From Psammoneis japonica (Eukaryota), in the NCBI GenBank assembly GCA_008632985.1, contig QPGO01000118.1, forward strand, positions 186,001 through 223,223: 37,223 bases of DNA, read 5' to 3'. The position numbers and the translations under genes are program-made. This document shows positions 34,514 through 37,223 of this stretch, piece by piece (position 1 is the stretch's first letter; every line of letters starts with the position of its first letter). Under the pieces are notes generated by a model. The model saw nothing but the letters and a program-made list of their open reading frames with translations. It was not told the DNA's origin and ran no database searches.

Positions 34514-37223
34514 CTATCGGTTGTTGCCGGGCACGCCTGCAAGCCCGCGTGCAAAGCTTGGAACATTTTCCAAAATGTAGAAATGATTCCCACATGCAGT
34601 GTCAAAATGTTCTGTGTGTCAATTGGACTGCAAAATGTCATCGTGCTGTTCGTTGGTGAAGCATGTGACACTTTTTCCTTCCATCAACCGGAGCAGGGCG
34701 TTGTGCCCATCCGGCAGTCTGTGTGGACTTAAATCTCTCTTCAGCGGTTGCCGAAGATGCAGACCATTTCTGGTCTTAACCCTGGAGAGCATGACATGTG
34801 CCCAGTTTTGTGCACAGCTCCAGCCATGTACAAACACATTGTCGACACCGCTTCCTTGAAGCTTGTGTCCTGCAGTCGCGCTGTTCATTGTGAATGGCAA
34901 CTGGGTTGCTTTCAGTCCGAGCATGTGTTTCTCTTTTTCCTCAGCTGTCATCTGTTGGGTTGGGTCCTTCAAACAGGCTTTGAAAGTGGAAGACTTGGGC
35001 TTGAGCAAAAAGGTGGGTGGATCGATGCTTTTGTTGCTGTGCTTGAGTTCTACATGATCCACCTGGGATGCTGTGACACCTCGAATGGATGTTCCACAGT
35101 CCAAGACCACTTGCGATGAATGTTCTCCTGGTTTCAGCACGACTTTTGCTGCAGTTGCTTGTGTTCCGTTCGCAATGCCATTTGCCACATTTTCATTGTA
35201 CGGGATCATAACTCTACATCCCTTGCACGTTCGTAATGCTGGATCAAGCCTGCCAGATTGCATTTCCACATCGCTCTCTCCACAGTTTTTCCAGAATGTT
35301 TTGCACACCGGGAAAGGCCTCTGCACTGTCTTGCTCCGTCACGCACTTGTAAATCGTCACTGAAAATGGCTAGAGAGTCCAAGACTTCTCCATCTCTTTG
35401 GTGCAGTCTCTTGGTCCTTTCCTCAAACAAGGCTGTGTTGATGGAGTCTCTTTTTTTGTTTCTGCATGATGCACGTTTGATGTTCTCTGGCAGTTGTTGA
35501 CCCTTTCTTGCTGCTCTTTCATTGATTTTGTCGACATCTTCGAGAGTCGCTTTGCCATCTCTAAATCGTTTTAGCAAACTGCCCCATTCTGGATCCTCAC
35601 TGAATCTGTGCATCCCATGCAACTGGATGTGGCAGTTCACCCATTCCTGGAATTCGGCACAGGTCTCCTTGTGCAGAGGGTGCATTCCGTGTCCAACTGG
35701 CTCGAGTTGTCTCAGGTCCCCTGCAAACACTGCATTTACACCCCCACAAGGCCTGTCTAAATTGGATTTCACGATGGATAGATTGGCATGTAATTTTTCT
35801 AAATCTCTTCTGCAAGCAAATGACATTTCGTCGACAATCAGCAGACGAGTGTCACTCCAGCTTTCCATTTGTGTTTCTGTCATTTCTTTTTTCCTGTTTA
35901 GATGGGCAACTCTGTGAATGGTGTCTCCTTTCAGAATTGTCGCTGCAACTCCAGTCATGGCAGTGACGGCAATTGTTTGTGCAGTGAATGGTCGTTCAAT
36001 TGAAGAGCAATGTTCTCTTGCGTGCAAAACAACAAGATCGACAACAGTGGATTTGCCACTTCCTCCTGCTCCATGCAAGAAACAAATTAACTGTGTGCCT
36101 CTTCGTTCTCGCACTTCAACTGACTCAGCTAATCTCCTGCATTCTTTGTTAAATTCGTGTCTAATTCCTCCTCTTACATTGCCACTTGCTTGTTCTCCCA
36201 GAGCATCTTTGTGGCACGTCAAAATGAAAGTTCCTGCCATGACTTCAAAAGCACGACTTTGATGTGGGTCTAGCTTGGCTTTTTTTGACCAATCAACCAA
36301 GCTTTTAGCTGAGCCGTTAGCTTCAAGGACATCAACGGCTTCTTCCGAATTAGTTGTGTCTTGGAAAGATCGTCGAATGCGTCCAGTCTTGGTCAGCAAC
36401 ACTCGAACTACATCTTGTTTCCTAATTTGAGGCACAGGTTCTTCATCTGCTTGCATGCTGTTTTCATTGTCTTCTTCATTGACCTCAATTTCTGGTGGCT
36501 CCATTGTTTCTACGACAGGGACCGAATTGACAACAGTGTTTTGATCTGAAGAAGTCATGCACATGCATGCCAAGTGCTGACATCCTGCAAGGTGACTTCC
36601 CTTCTGTCTGGTTTGTTTGCCACTTAAATTCGTGGGTGCGGCTGCTTCATCATTCGCTTCCATCCCGTCTTCGTGTTCATGGTTCACCAATTCATCTAGA
36701 AGAGCATCAAGCATTTGTCCTTGCAAAGCCGTTCCGATGTCGTCTTTGGTGTCGCTTTCACACCTTGCACCAAATTCATTGTCGTCCGATGTGCACTCAC
36801 GGGCAGTGCATTTAAGAAAATCTGATGTGCTTTTTAATCGCAGACAATTGGATTTTGCATCTTGCAGATTTTGCAAGAATTTCAGATTTTCTTCAGTGAC
36901 GATTTCTCTCTCCACTGCTTGACGGAATGATTGTAAGTGGGTTTGATCGAACAGTCGCACATCTGAGGCAGTCCGACATGATGTGAACAAAGCAAGAGCT
37001 GGCTTGCAATGTAACTCTTTTTCAGGCGAGGATGGTGCATTGCTGTCCATGAGAGAACTGCCGAATTTTGCTGCATCTGGGAAATCACACTGGTGTGTCT
37101 TAACTGAGCGAGTGTCTTGTCTTGGTTTGATGCCTTGCAGAAATCTGTTTGATCTTCTTTGATGAGATGGATGGGTGCAGGTGGAGTTGTCGAATTGGCA
37201 AAGAAGACCTTCATTTTTCTTGG
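34514..37223 (-). mobile_element. Decayed Helitron-like element, PIF1-family helicase half (ORFs 35206-37050 and 34619-35326, frameshift ~35330); continues beyond the window
   Basis: GAGGSGKS, TAMTGVAA...GDTIH, LLIVDEMS, GGVNAVFAGDLRQLEPV, HRF, NGTQA, HKLQG, HVMLSRV; GC-rich hairpin 34528-34552 downstream. Rep domain not in the window. Confidence 0.8.

Noticed and set aside
1..37223. Dense overlapping Cys/His-rich ORFs in all six frames of the TpA-poor blocks (e.g. 30781-31800, 18254-18859, 4568-5269)
   Set aside because: Loss of TpA removes TAA/TAG stops and creates TGY/CAY codons, so long Cys/His-rich frames arise passively.
1..37223. Classical fungal RIP or an alternative genetic code as the explanation
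   Set aside because: RIP increases TpA; here it is lost. Host genes use Tyr and TAA/TAG normally, and the bias also affects introns and all reading frames.

Overview
Eukaryotic genomic DNA, most likely a pennate diatom (inferred from the gene families, short GT-AG introns and transposon types). Six apparently intact host genes: a Crinkler/RHS-like NTPase+nuclease gene, a secreted granulin-like+alpha/beta-hydrolase, an AsmA-like membrane protein, a 4-exon secreted Cys-repeat/Gly-Ser protein with an RXL motif, an HA-domain protein and a syntaxin-5-like SNARE. There is also a frameshifted LRR gene with a partial duplicate. These alternate with blocks of decayed transposons (MULE, Ty3/Gypsy, Helitron, unclassified) and an intact-looking MITE. 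The most striking signal: every decayed block has lost almost all TpA dinucleotides, converted to TpG/CpA (Tyr->Cys/His in conserved motifs), with sharp borders against normal DNA. This is the opposite direction to fungal RIP and is separable from CpG decay. The window holds its own controls (a mutated versus unmutated copy of the same intron, a 182-bp tandem array, and repeats that escaped), pointing to a repeat/heterochromatin-targeted A:T->G:C hypermutation system that I do not recognise as described. All counts are by hand and approximate; no database searches were run.
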